Shown here: positions 27,118-39,425 of the stretch, piece by piece | Layout: every line of letters begins with the position of its first letter | Position numbering within the stretch: the stretch's first letter is position 1 | NCBI GenBank assembly: GCA_951406725.2 | Contig: OX597818.1 | Span: 25,730,001 to 25,794,000, forward strand | Direction: 5' to 3' | Source of the DNA: Octopus vulgaris | Lineage: Eukaryota | DNA: 64,000 nt | Program-made: the position numbers and the translations under genes | The notes under the pieces: model-generated | What the model saw: only the letters and a program-made list of their open reading frames with translations | Databases searched by the model: none | Told to the model about the DNA's origin: nothing

Positions 27118-28356
27118 TTAAAACTTGCTGTTGTTGTTATTGTTGTGATTGATCCAGTAAACCTATGATCAAAAGTATTCCAATGGTACCCACCTTGTTT
27201 TATTTTTGGCTTAGTTTAGCATTAGGACTATATATTTTTAAATATGCCCTTCATCCTTTCAGGGTCAATGAAATAAGTATCAATTAACTTCTGGAGTGGA
27301 TGTAATTGATTAGTCCCCTTCCACCAAAATTTTGGGCCTTGTACCTGTATTACAAATGAATATGACTTTCTAGAAAGTTAAATAACCATAGATAGTCTCC
27401 CTTATTGCCTCATATAAAGACTTTCTTACTGGTTCCTTGTTTGGATAGATAACCTTTATTGTTCAAAGAGGCTGTATGTTCTTGATCAGTTTGTTGTATT
27501 CTATTGGTCATGAACTTGTCATTACACTAAGACTATGCACTTACCTTGCTGCTGACTGATCAAATTATATGCTCTTTGTGAACCTATTTTGTACTAAGTC
27601 AGTGTAGAGGTAACAGCATCAAAATTAGTAGTTTAGAAACGACAGTTAAGATAGTTAATTATAAAAATGACATAAAAATTGAGCATTGGTATCACACTGT
27701 TTAGGTATGTGAAACTCCCAGTCTCAAGTTCAAATCTTGGTAGAACACTAAAAACTAACACACAATTGTCAAGTCACTTTTGAGTGCTACAGTAAAATGT
27801 AACCCAGTACAACCTGTCCCATGGCTGGGTCATCGGTGACTAAACTGGTTGTTTCGTATATCAAGAACAAAATTCAAAGAAATTTTATAAACAACCACCA
27901 AACATACTTTACCTGCACAAAATACCTATATACTAATCAAATTGCTTATAGAACAATTGACACTTAGAGAGAAGCATATAAACATACAACCTTTACTCAA
28001 ATACTTTTGTGAACATTGAAGCACAAGAGAAAAAATTTTCTATACTAACAAAACCATGACATGCCTGGCTAATAATCCCAACCTGACAAATGAAAGCAGG
28101 AAATACTATAAATAACAAAAACAACAAGCAAAGTAATGTCCAATATAAACTTAGCACCTACCTACACTCTTTTGTGAAACAAAGTTGACACACCCAATTA
28201 CTAAGGACTTAAATACTGAACTTTGTGCTTATGATCTTAATATTGCCAATGCAAAAGGATTAAATCCAATAATATCAAAAGCAACAAAAATGCCATTACA
28301 CCTTGTGCCTTCCTAATAAAAGAGAAACAGCTAGAAATTAGTTTACAAAGTTCTAC

Positions 28357-28760
28357 AGGAGTGGCTGTGCGGTAAGTAGCTTGTTTACCAACCACATGGT
28401 TTCGGGTTCAGTCCCACTGTGTGGCACCTTGGGTAAGTGTCTTCTACTATAGCCTCGGGCCGACCAAAGCCTTGTGAGTGGATTTGGTAGATGGAAACTG
28501 AAAGAAGCCCGTCGTATATATGTATATATATATATGCGTGTGTGTGTTTGTGTGTCTGTGTTTGTCCCCCTAGTATTGCTTGACAACCAATGCTGGTGTG
28601 TTTATGTCCCCGTTAGTTAGCGGTTCGGCAAACGAGACCAATAAAATAAGTACTGGGCTTACAAAAGAATAAGTCCAGGGGTCGAGTTGGTCGATTAAAG
28701 GTGGTGCTCCAGCATGGCTGCAGTCAAATGACTGAAACAAGTAAAAGAGTAAAGAGTAAT
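28357..28760 (+). mobile_element. SINE family A, uninterrupted
   Basis: Head, short TA/TG tract, 3' half and GTAAAAGA tail. Confidence 0.85.
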
Positions 28761-29112
28761 ATATGAATAAATTCTAAACAATTCATAACCCCAAATTTAA
28801 TTAATATAAAATTTTCCAAAACACCTATCTGTAACAACCAACCATAGAAACCTAATTGCCACCCCATTCAAACTCACACACCCAAAGATGATTTAACTAT
28901 ATAAATGCAAGACTGACTCTAATTCATCACATTCTAATGGTAATTTAGCTGGCTGAAACTTTGAAGTAACTATCAATGGTATTCTTGTATAAGAATAATA
29001 AATTTGGATTCAACAAAAGTATAAAGTAACCCATAGTAACCCATAAAATTATTTTCATTATAACTGAACATAAAAACATATATATGTGATGTGTGTGTGT
29101 GTGTGTGTGTGT

Positions 29113-29420
29113 GGAGGCGCAATGGCCCAGTGGTTAGGGCAGTGGACTCACGGTCAGAGTATCATGGTTTCAATTCCCAGACCGGGCGTTGTGTGTGTTT
29201 ATTGAGCGAAAACACCTAAAGAACCACGAGGCTCTGGCAGGGGGTGGTGGCAACCTCTGTTGTACTCTTTCGCCCCAACTTTCTCTCACTCTTTCTTCCT
29301 GTTTCTTGGGTAATGCTGTGATGGACTGGCATCCCGTCCAGCTGGGGTGAATACATACGCCACAGAAACTGGGAAACCAGGCCAACAAACCTGGATAGGC
29401 TTGAAAAGGGTGCATAAATA
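29113..29420 (+). mobile_element. tRNA-derived SINE family C
   Basis: A box TGGCCCAGTGG, B-box-like GGTTTCAATTCCC, (TAAA)n tail. Confidence 0.7.
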
Positions 29421-29536
29421 AATAAATAAATATATATGTGTATATATATATACAGATAGATAGATAGATATACACACACACACACACATATATACATACA
29501 TACATAACATACAAACATACATACATATATATATAT

Positions 29537-29570
<34 letters not shown>

Positions 29571-29625
29571 CCAGTTCCAGCCTATGAGCTGTGGCCATGC
29601 TGGGGCACCGCCATTTATGTTAAAC

Positions 29626-29667
<42 letters not shown>

Positions 29668-29671
29668 TATA

Positions 29672-30940
29672 CAAGCCATGTACAGGGATGCTGTCAGTAA
29701 GGTGAGAGTTAGCAATGTGTACAGTAAAGAATTCTGGGTAGGGGTAGGGGTCCACTAAAAATCAGTCCTCAGCCCGCTCTTATTCTTCATAGTCCTCCAG
29801 GCATTAACAGAGGATGCCCCTAGGAGCTTCTCTATGCTGATGACCTTGCTCTAATAGCTGAGTCACTATCAGAACTAGAAAAGTTTCAGGTGTGAAAACA
29901 AGGTCTAGAATCGAAGGGCCTTAGAGTCAATCTAGCTAAAACCAAAGACCTAATATATAGGAAGGCAGACAAACCAGAAATCCCTTCAGGTAGATGGCCC
30001 TGCTGGATCTGTAGAAAAGGCGTAGGTAGAAGCTCCATAAAATGTACCCGGTGTAAGCTATGGATGCATGAGGTGCACCGATATCAAAGGAAGGCTAACT
30101 GGGAAGATAGTTTTTGTGTGTGGCAAATGCTCAGGAGCAATAAACACTGAAAATGTGCAGAAAACAGCTTCCGTCACATTTCAGGGGAAAAAAACTACAA
30201 GTAGTTGATAGCTTCCGTTACCAAGGTGACCAAGTCAGTAGCTGGTGACGAAGGGCCTCTCACTCAGAGTAAAAGGTAGACTGAATGATGCATGTGTGCG
30301 AACAGCTATGGTACATGGCAATGAAATATGAGCCATGATTGGTGAGGACATGCATAAGCTTGCAAGGAATGAAGCTAGTATCCTCTGCTGGATGTGTAAT
30401 GTCAGTGTGCATACATGACAGAGTGTAAGCAGCTTGAGAGAAAAGTTGGACTTAGGAAGTATCAGATGGGGTGTGCAAGAGAGATGACTGCGCTGGTATG
30501 GTCATGTGTTGCATATGGATGAGGACAGCTGTGTGAAAAAGTGTCACACCATAGCAGTAGTGGGAACCTGTGGAAGCGGTAGACCCAGGAAGACCTGGGA
30601 TGAAGTGGTGAAGCACGACCTTCAAACAAGTGACCGAGACCTTTGGAGATTGTTGCTAGTTCCGCCTGACTGGCTCCCATGATGGTAGCACATAAAAGGC
30701 ACCATTCGAGCGTGGTTGTTGCCAGTGCTGCCTGACTGGCTCCCATACCAGTGGCACATAAAAGCATCCACTACACTCTCGGAGTGGTTGGTGTTAGGAA
30801 GGGCATCCAGCTGTAGAAACTTTGTTAGATCGGATTGGAGCCTTGTGCAGCCTTCTGGCTTGCCAGCCCTCAGTCAAACCGTCCAACCCATGCCAGCATG
30901 GAAAGCAGACGTTAAATGACGACGACGATGATGATGATGA
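29672..30940 (+). mobile_element. 5'-truncated RTE LINE with PHD-like insert and (GAT)n tail
   Basis: LYADDL; CWICRKGVG..KCTRC..MH; GRPRKTW; flanked by (TA)n. Confidence 0.9.
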
Positions 30941-31226
30941 TATATATATATACATTTACATATATATATACATACACACACACATATATGAATGTATACA
31001 CACACACACAGAGATATATATAAGCATATAACAGGTTTCTTTCAGTTTCCATTTACCAAATCCACTGACAATACTTCTTAAGCACACAACAATGACTGTG
31101 TCTACTGTAATGGTGATGATTTTAATTATGAGGATAATTATAATTATAATTATAATTATAATTATAATGGTGATGATGGAGATGAGGAAGACTAAAAATC
31201 ATTATGATATCATCGTCATCATTGTT

Positions 31227-31260
<34 letters not shown>

Positions 31261-32362
31261 GTAATGACAGCAACAAACACAAATGCAGCAATGAGGACAA
31301 AATCAGCAATTACTGGAGAGGAAAATACATACTTTTTTTGAACAATAAAGAAAAGGTTACTTGATATTGGTTGGAAGATTAGAAAAGAACAAACAAACTC
31401 AAAGAGATATTTCCTAACTAGATTTGTTAAGAAAGACATATTTTTTGTGAAGACTGTCACAAAAAATTTTTATTTTTATTTTTGTTGTCAATTCTATCCT
31501 ATAATGACTAGGAAGTTACACTAGAGAAATCAATAAAATCACATTTGATAAAAGTATGTTGGAAGAGAAACTAACAGTAAAAACTGTTTAACAGCAATGT
31601 TTGTTCTATATTGGTAGAAGGAAGTAAGATGAACTAATGCACTGAAAAATCTTCAACAGTAATGGTCAGAAAAATGTCTGTCTCAGGCAAATTACTGAAA
31701 AAAAAAATTGGTAAATAAAAATGAAGAAAACTAATAAAAAAAAATTAGGAAAAGTTTAACAAAAATAAAAATACATAACATATATAAATATCAATATGAA
31801 GAAAAGCTATTTTAAAATCAATGAACTGCAATAAGAAAATAGAAGGATCACAGATATTCTAGGTGAGTTACTAAGTTACTGATAAATTTCTACATTATTT
31901 TATATTTCCATGCTATCTATAAAACGTAGAACATACTTACATTTTAAACAGGATCTTGTGAAGATGTATTGAGCAAATGTGAAAGTAAATGAAAAGTGAC
32001 AACCCAATGGGATCAAATCTACTGGGTCTAATTACCATACAACCTTTCTGTAAACACTCAACCATATTTACCACTTGTATCTAAGTATCAATATCAATAT
32101 AGTCAGACTGAAAATGATTTTAGAATTCTCAAATATGCCTGTTTTTCTATAAGATCAGATTCCAGAGTTGTTGATAATTTACATTAAAGTTTTCAACACA
32201 CACACACATATGTACACAAAAATATACATACATACATACATACATACATACATACATACATACATACATACATACATACATACGTATATACATACATACA
32301 TACATACATACATACATACATACATACATACATACATACATACATCATACATTATATATATA

Positions 32363-33628
32363 CAGGGGTTGAACAAAATAATGGAAACACTTTAAAATTT
32401 CAAACAAATTTATTTTAATATGGGGTAGGACCTCCTTTGGCAATAATTACATCTTGAATTCTATGAGGTATGGATTCGTACAAAGTTTGAATTGTTTCCA
32501 AAGGAATTTTTGTCCATTCTTCAGCTAAAACAGTCTCCAGTTCTTGAAGTGATTATTGTGGAGGATATCAACTCCTTACTTGTTTTTCTACAATGCACCA
32601 TAAATGTTCAATTAAGATCTGGGGACTGTGGTGACCAGATAAGATGTTCAACTTAACCAGAATGTTCCTCATGCCATTCAATAACAACTTCAGCTGTGTG
32701 AATTGGTGCATTATCATCCTGAAAGATTGCATTTCCATCCAGAAACAGGTCCACAACCATAGGATGAAATTGATCAGATAAAATACTAAAATAGTTTTGA
32801 CTATTAATTCTGCCATGAAGGGTAATCATTGGGCTGGCATATTTCCAAGAAATAGCCCCCTCTCCCCAGATTATCACAGATCCTCCTCCATGTTTAACAG
32901 ATGAAAGAAGGCAGACTGGGTCAAATGCTTCTTTTGGCTGTCTCCACATATATACTTGGCTGGTGGCTGGAAATAAGGTAAAGGATGACTCATCCGAGAA
33001 AATAACTTTTTTCCATTGCTCCAGGGACCAATTCTGTAGGTTTTTACTCCACACTCAATGCTTTGCAACATTTATTTTTGAAAGTAGAGGTTTTCTGATT
33101 GCATCCCTCCTGTGAAATCTGTCTTTGTACAGCTCCCGGCAAACAGTTTTTGAGGAAACTGGGTTCTCAAGGTGGTCATTAAGCTCTGTAGTACATTTGG
33201 AAGCTGTACTTTTGTGATCATTTCTAACAATTTGTGTAAGAGACCAACAGTCTCTATCTTAAAATTTTAGTTTTCTTCCAGAGTTTTGTTTCAACAAGGA
33301 TGTTTTCCCTCTTTCTCAAAGGCTGTCATTACTTTCGAGACAGTACTTCTTGATATACCAAACATTTCAGCTGTTTTCGTTACTCTAGCACCTGCCGTAC
33401 GAGCACCAACTATTTGACCCCTTTGAAAGTCCGATAGATCTGTCATTTTAATGAATTTTAATTACCTTTTTCTGATGATATCTGAAAAGAAACAGCAATT
33501 TTAGCAAAACATATTAAGCAACACTAATAATAAATGAAAAAAACATGAAAATAAACAAGCTTTTGACAGTTTTATAGATATTTAAAAATTATGATGCTAG
33601 GTATTTCCATTATTTTGTCCAACGCGTG
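32363..33628 (-). mobile_element. Tc1 (DD34E) transposon, copy 1
   Basis: TIR CAGGGGTTGAACAAAATAATGGAAACAC, TA flanks; FSDES and FQDDNAPIH; stops present. Confidence 0.93.
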
Positions 33629-33679
33629 TATATATATATATATATCACACACACATACGCACACATATATATATATATA

Positions 33680-33840
33680 CTAGCAGTATCGCCCGGCGTT
33701 GCTCGGGTTTGTAAGGGAAATAACTATATAAGGATTTTTAGAGAGTTATAGCAAAAAAATGCATCAAAAATGGAATAAAAAATGATGGTAATTTTTTTTA
33801 AAATCGTTGACTCATCGTAGACATTTTTAGAGAGTTACTT
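33680..33840 (-). mobile_element. 3' end of a non-autonomous Helitron
   Basis: Minus strand CCCGAGCAACGCCGGG hairpin followed by CTAG|T. Confidence 0.7.
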
Positions 33841-34195
33841 TGGCATTATGTTGTGCTTGAGAAGAAGACCCATAAAGCCAAGTAAAAGCAGGATTGGCAC
33901 AGTGCAAGGCCTTTTCTCACTTCAAAAAAGCTTCAGATGTTGCTTGATTTTTAACACCTCTATTATATGTTGCATATTATGGTTAGTTATAATTGAGAAA
34001 GGCAGTTAATGAAAAGTCCATGGAAAAAAGAAGGGATGTGGCAGCATGAGTGGTAAGCAGGTTCAGTCCCACTGCATGGCACCTTGGGCAAGTGGCTTCT
34101 ACTATAGCCTTGGGCCAACCAAAGCCTTGTGAGTGGAATTGGTAGATAGAAACTGAAAGAAGCCTATCATATATATATATATATATATATATATA

Positions 34196-34405
34196 CAACT
34201 CACCAACAAACCAATTGCTGTTGTGAAGAACGAGGTAGGTTTGGGCAGATCGGTTCTCAGCAATGTTCATCTGGAGTTCAATCCACATTTGCTTGATGAA
34301 AGAAATGAATATTTGAGCCAATTTCTAGATGCCTTGAAGGACCATGAAGAGAAGCGGAAACACTATTTTGTATATATTTTAACACATTTAAATCTTTCTG
34401 TATAA
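34196..34405 (+). pseudogene. 5'-truncated gene fragment resembling the C-terminus of a biotin-protein-ligase N-terminal (BPL_N) domain
   Basis: PIAVVKNEVGLGRSVLSNVHLEF...L..L...E.KR...IL..LNL* resembles the BPL_N pattern AVV...VG.G...LSG.H.EF (recognised by eye); starts directly after (TA)n with no start codon or acceptor. Confidence 0.65.
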
Positions 34406-34610
34406 CAAAGTAAGACAAAGACATTGGAATTTAATTCTAAAAACACTTATTTCAGATTCAAAAACTTCATAGGTAAGAAATTCTTTGTTCAATCAATTTA
34501 TCGTTTCTTAATCTGTTAAAACACTTCGAACTCAAATTTACTAATCAGATTTTATGCATATCACAGACTCGTCTTTGCTTTATTTTGATTTAATGATCCT
34601 AGTACAACCC

Positions 34611-34815
34611 TGTGCAGGTGGCACGTACTGTGCAGGTGGCACATAAAAAGCACCCACTACACTCACGGAGTGGTTAGCGTTAGGAAGGGCATCCAGCTGT
34701 AGAAACACTGCCAGATCAGACTGGAGCCTGGTGCAGCCTTCTGGCTTCCCAGATCCCCGGTTGAACCGTCCAACCCATGCTAGCATGGAGAACAGACGTT
34801 AAACGATGATGATGA
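34611..34815 (+). mobile_element. RTE 3' tail ending in (GAT)n
   Basis: Homologous to 36437-36630. Confidence 0.85.
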
Positions 34816-35046
34816 TATATATATGTCTGTGTGTGTTTGTGTTTGTCCCCTGCCATCACTTGACAACCAAAGCTAGTGTTTTTATGTCCCTGTAACTTAG
34901 CAGTTCGGCAAAAGACTCTGATAGAATAAGAACTAGGATTACAAAGAATAAGTCCTGGGGTCAATTTCTTGGACTAAAACCCTTTAAGGTGGTGCTCTAG
35001 CATGGCTGCAGTTAAATGACTGAAACAAGTACAAGAATATATATAT

Positions 35047-36630
35047 AGGAAGGCTAACTAGGAAGATGGTTTTTGTATGTGGCAGATGCTCGGGAGCATT
35101 AACCTCTGAAAATCTGCAGAAAACAACTTCCGTCACTTTCCAGGGGGAAAAACTAGAAGTAGTTGATAGCTTCCGTTATCTTGGTGACCAAGTCAATAGT
35201 GGGGGTGGGTGTGCTGAAAGTGTAACGGCTAGAGTAAGAATAGCCTGGGCAAAGTTTAGGGAGCTCTTACCTCTGTTGGTGACTAAAGGCCTCTCGCTCA
35301 GAGTAAAAGGCAGACTGTATGATGCATGTGTACGAACAGCCATGCAACATGGCAGTGAAACATGGGCCGTGACTGCTGAGGACATGCGTAAGCTCGCGAG
35401 AAACGAAGCCAGTATGCTCCGTTGGATGTGTAATGTCAGTGTTCATAGTCGACAGAGTGTAAGTACCTTGAGAGAAAAGTTGGACCTAAGAGGAATCAGA
35501 TGTGTGCAAGAGAGACAATTGCGCTGGTATGGTCATGTGGTGAGAATGGATGAAGATAGGTGTGTGAAAAAGTGCCACACCCTGGCAGTTGAGGGGACCT
35601 GTGGAAGAGGTAGACCCAGGAAAACCTGGGTCGAGGTGGTGAAGCACGACCTTCGAACTCTAGGTCTCACCAAGGAAATGACCAGAGACCGAGACCTATG
35701 GAAGTATGCTGTGCGTGAGAAGACCCGGCAAGACCAGTGAGAACAATCAAAATCAAATCATATATCAGAAAGCAGGGGTTAAGTGACCCATCCGTTCGTG
35801 TCCGCTGTCAGTCTCATCTGGCACCCGTGCTGGTGATACGTAAAAAGCACCATTCGCTCGTGGCCGTTTGCCAGCTCTGCCTGGCCCCGTGTCGGTGGCA
35901 CGTAAAAGCACCATCCGTTCGTGTTCGTTGCCAGCCTCGCCTGGCCCCGTGCCGGTGACACGTAAAAGCACCGTCCGTTCGTGGCCGTTTGCCAGCTCTG
36001 TCTGGCCCCGTGTCGGTGGCATGTAAAAGCACCATCCGTTCGTGGCCGTTTGCCAGCTCTGTTTGGCCCCGTGTCGGTGGCACGTAAAAGCACCATCCGT
36101 TCGTGTCCGTTGCCAGCCTCGGCTGGCCCCTGTGCCAGTGACACGTAAAAGCACCGTCCGCTCGTGGCCGTTTGCCAGCTCTGTCTGGCAACCGTGTCGG
36201 TGGCACGTAAAAGCACCATCCGTTCACGTCCATTGCCAGCCTCGGCTGGCCCCCGTGCCGGTGACATGTAAAAGCACCGTCCGTTCGTGGCCGTTTGCCA
36301 GCTCTGTCTGGCCCCGTGTCGGTGGCACGTAAAAGCACCATCCGTTCGTGTCCGTTGCCAGCATCGCCTGGCCCCGTGCTGGTGACACGTAAAAGCACCA
36401 TCCGTTCGTGGCCGTTCGCCAGCTCTGTCTGGCACCTGTGCAGGTGGCACGTAAAAAACACCCACTACACTCGCGGAGTGGTTGGCGTTAGGAAGGGCAT
36501 CCAGCCGTAGAAACACTGCCAGATCTGACGGGGCCTGACGAAGCCTTCCAGCTTCACAGACCCCAGTTGACCCGTCCAACCCATGCTAGCATGGAAAGCG
36601 GACGCTAAACGATGATGATGATGATGATGA
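35047..36630 (+). mobile_element. Young 5'-truncated RTE LINE (open 224-aa C-terminal ORF 35066-35740, minisatellite 3' UTR, (GAT)n tail)
   Basis: SFRYLG, HGSETW, LRWYGHV and GRGRPRKTW motifs. Confidence 0.93.
35790..36460 (+). repeat. ~60-bp minisatellite, about 11 units, in the RTE 3' UTR
   Basis: Repeated CACGTAAAAGCACC core with two alternating unit variants. Confidence 0.9.
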
Positions 36631-36661
36631 ATATAAATAGAGTTAGATAAGGCTGGTTTAT

Positions 36662-36722
36662 GGGATTACCTTAGGTTTCACATCCATAAAGTGCCTAGCT
36701 TTATGTTGTATCGTCAAATCCC
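36662..36722 (-). ncRNA. Hammerhead-like motif (same family as 47032)
   Basis: GGGAT-TTGACGA...CATAAAG/CTTTATG...GAAAC-ctaag-GTA-ATCCC. Confidence 0.6.
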
Positions 36723-36789
36723 AGAACCTGTTGGCTTAAGGCCTCTCTAGTGAGTGGCCTCTCTAGAATCTTTTTCAGATTTATGTTTT

Positions 36790-38702
36790 ATTGATGATAA
36801 ATATATATAAAATTTCTGGCAGAGTGGCATGTAGCTTAGTCACTCATAAAGTTAATCAGATTGTCTATGATGGAGTCATACTCAATGAATGGTGTAGCAG
36901 CTTTATAGTAAACTATTAGATGACGCCACTGACAGAAATAATTACAGTGGTATCAAAATGCAGGATGAAAGTTGCAGAAAGGGTCATAGCTCAATTAATT
37001 AAGAAGATGAGATGCAGTTTGGTTTTGTGCCAGGAAGAAGCAACACTGAAGCTATCTTCCTGGTGAAGTATTTAGCCAAAATAAACCTTTCTAGTTGATT
37101 TTTGTTGACACGGAGAAAACCTTTGATTGGTTCCCTTCCTCATTTATCTGGTTGGCAATGCAGAAGCTAAGGATAGATGAGTGGTTGGTGAGAACCATGT
37201 ACAAGCCATGTACAGGGATACTATCAGTAAGGTGAAAGTTGGCAATGAGTACAGCAAGGTACTTAGTGTGCAGGCAGGAATTTGCCAAGGATCAGTTCTC
37301 AGTACCCTCTTGTTTATCATAGTCCTCCAGGCCATAACAGAGAAACTTAAGTTAGGGTGCCCTTAGGAGTTCCTGTATACTGATGACCTTGTTCTTATTG
37401 CTGAATCATTATCAGAACTAGAGAAGAAATTTCAGGTGGGGAAGCAAGGTCTGGAAGTAAAGGGCCTAGAGTTAATTTAGGAAAGACCAAAGTCCTAGGA
37501 AGTTGGAAAACTGACAAATCACCAATCCCTTCAGGGAAATGACTGCCCAATATGTAGAAAAGATGTTGGTAGAAACTCCATACAGTCTACCAAGTGTGAG
37601 CTATAGACACATAAGAAGTGCAGTGGTCTCACCAGAAGGTTAACAGAGAAAGTAGTCTTTGTGTGTGGCGGATGTGCAGGTACATTAAACACTAGGAATG
37701 TACAGAAAATAGACTTCTGCAAATGCCTGGGGAGATCTTTTGATGTAGTTGACAGTTTTTGTTCCATAGACGACCAAGTCAGCAATGGAGGGGGTAGTTC
37801 TGAAAGCATGGTGGCTAGAATAAGAATAGGCTTGACAAAGTTCAGAGAGCTATACAACTTTTGTTAGTAGCAAAGAGCCACTCCGTCAGAATGAAAGACA
37901 AATTGTGTGATGCCTGTGTATGGACAGCTATGCTACATAGCAGTGAGACATGGCCTGTGACTACTGAGGATATGTGAAGGCTTGAAAAAATGAAGTGAGC
38001 ATGCTCCACTGGACAGGCAAAGTCAGTGTGCATGTACAACAGAGTGTAAGTGATTTGAGAGAAAAATTGGATATACCAGGCATCAGATGTAGTGCACATG
38101 AGAGAAATCTCTGCTGGTATGGTCGGTCATGTGGTATGTATGGATGAGGACAGCTGTGTAAAGAAGTGCCAATCTCTAATTGGGGAGAAACCATGTGGAA
38201 AGGGTAGACCCAGGAAAATGTGAGATGGAGTGTCGAGAAAGGATCTTTAGATGATGGGTCTCATAGAGGAGGTGACAAGGGACTGGCAGTCTGCTGTGCT
38301 TGAAAAGACATATCAAGCTGAGTAAAAATTGTGGCCATCCATACATACAGGTATGTCCTTTATGTCCCTTTCTAAGCTGAGAGAACCTACTCTTGCAGGC
38401 TTGCAGGAGCTGGGGCCATGTAAAAGCACTCGTGTTTGTGACACATGAAAGCACCAGTGCCGGTGTCATGTAAATGCACTCAAACTGGTGCCATGTGCCA
38501 TGTAAGAGCGCCCATACTAGTGTCACATTAAAAAGTATCCAGTACACTCTGGAAAGTGATTGGCATTAGGAAGGACACCCAGTCATAGAAATAATGTCAT
38601 AACGGAAAAATGGAGCCTGAGTAGCTCTTCTACCGGCCAACTCCTGTTGAACTGTCCAACCCATGCCAGCATGGAAAAAGGACATTAAATGATGATGATG
38701 AT
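36790..38702 (+). mobile_element. Older decayed RTE LINE
   Basis: QFGFVPGRS, QGSVLS.LLFI, YTDDL, PHD-like Cys cluster, (GAT)n tail. Confidence 0.88.
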
Positions 38703-39425
38703 TATGTGTGTGTGTGTATACATATTACAATTATAAAGATCCACAAATAATCAAGACATGTCAACATGAAGCACACCACTAATTGGCAAGACAGAGTCCT
38801 CAGAACAGACAATGAAATAATCTATTATCAGCGCAGAAGGCATCGATGATGTTATGACATTGTGGTTGGGTAATCCACAACTCCAAAATTATATATAGCA
38901 TTCAATGAAAAACAAAATAAATTGAGTGGCATGAAATAGAATAAGAGATATGAATGGATTTCTGAGTGTTGTTATAATTGTTTCATTAATTTTTATTTTG
39001 ATCTAAGCATAATATAATTATTCATGTTATGCAATACACTAATCAACTAACAAACTCTTTATATAACTCCTCACAATGGAGTGATGTACGGACTTGTTGA
39101 GTGATTCATTGATTTTCAACAAGTGGAAATGCAAATGAAGATATTGCTATTTAAGATCTACAGAGTGTCCAGAAACTGTCATTCAAGGATAACATAAGGT
39201 AGTGAAGGATGGTGTTTTCTTGACAATCAGGTAACAACATAAAAGAAAGCTGGAGGAAAATATATTTTATAGGCAGACACTTGGTGTGAAGAACACACAC
39301 ACACACACACACATACATGCATATATATATATATATATATGCACACACAAACACATGCATATATGTATACATAAATATACTCACACATACCTATGTAAAC
39401 ACATGTACATAGACACATACAGATA

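Larger units (their letters stand above)
34035..35038 (+). mobile_element. SINE family A split by a 620-bp chimeric insertion
   Basis: 5' half 34035-34168 and 3' half 34822-35038 match 28357-28760. Confidence 0.8.

Noticed and set aside
35790-36460. CRISPR-like regularly spaced repeats and long overlapping ORFs (266 and 215 aa)
   Set aside because: The 'spacers' are themselves repeated, there are no cas genes, and the array lies in an RTE 3' UTR; the ORFs are artefacts of a GC-rich minisatellite
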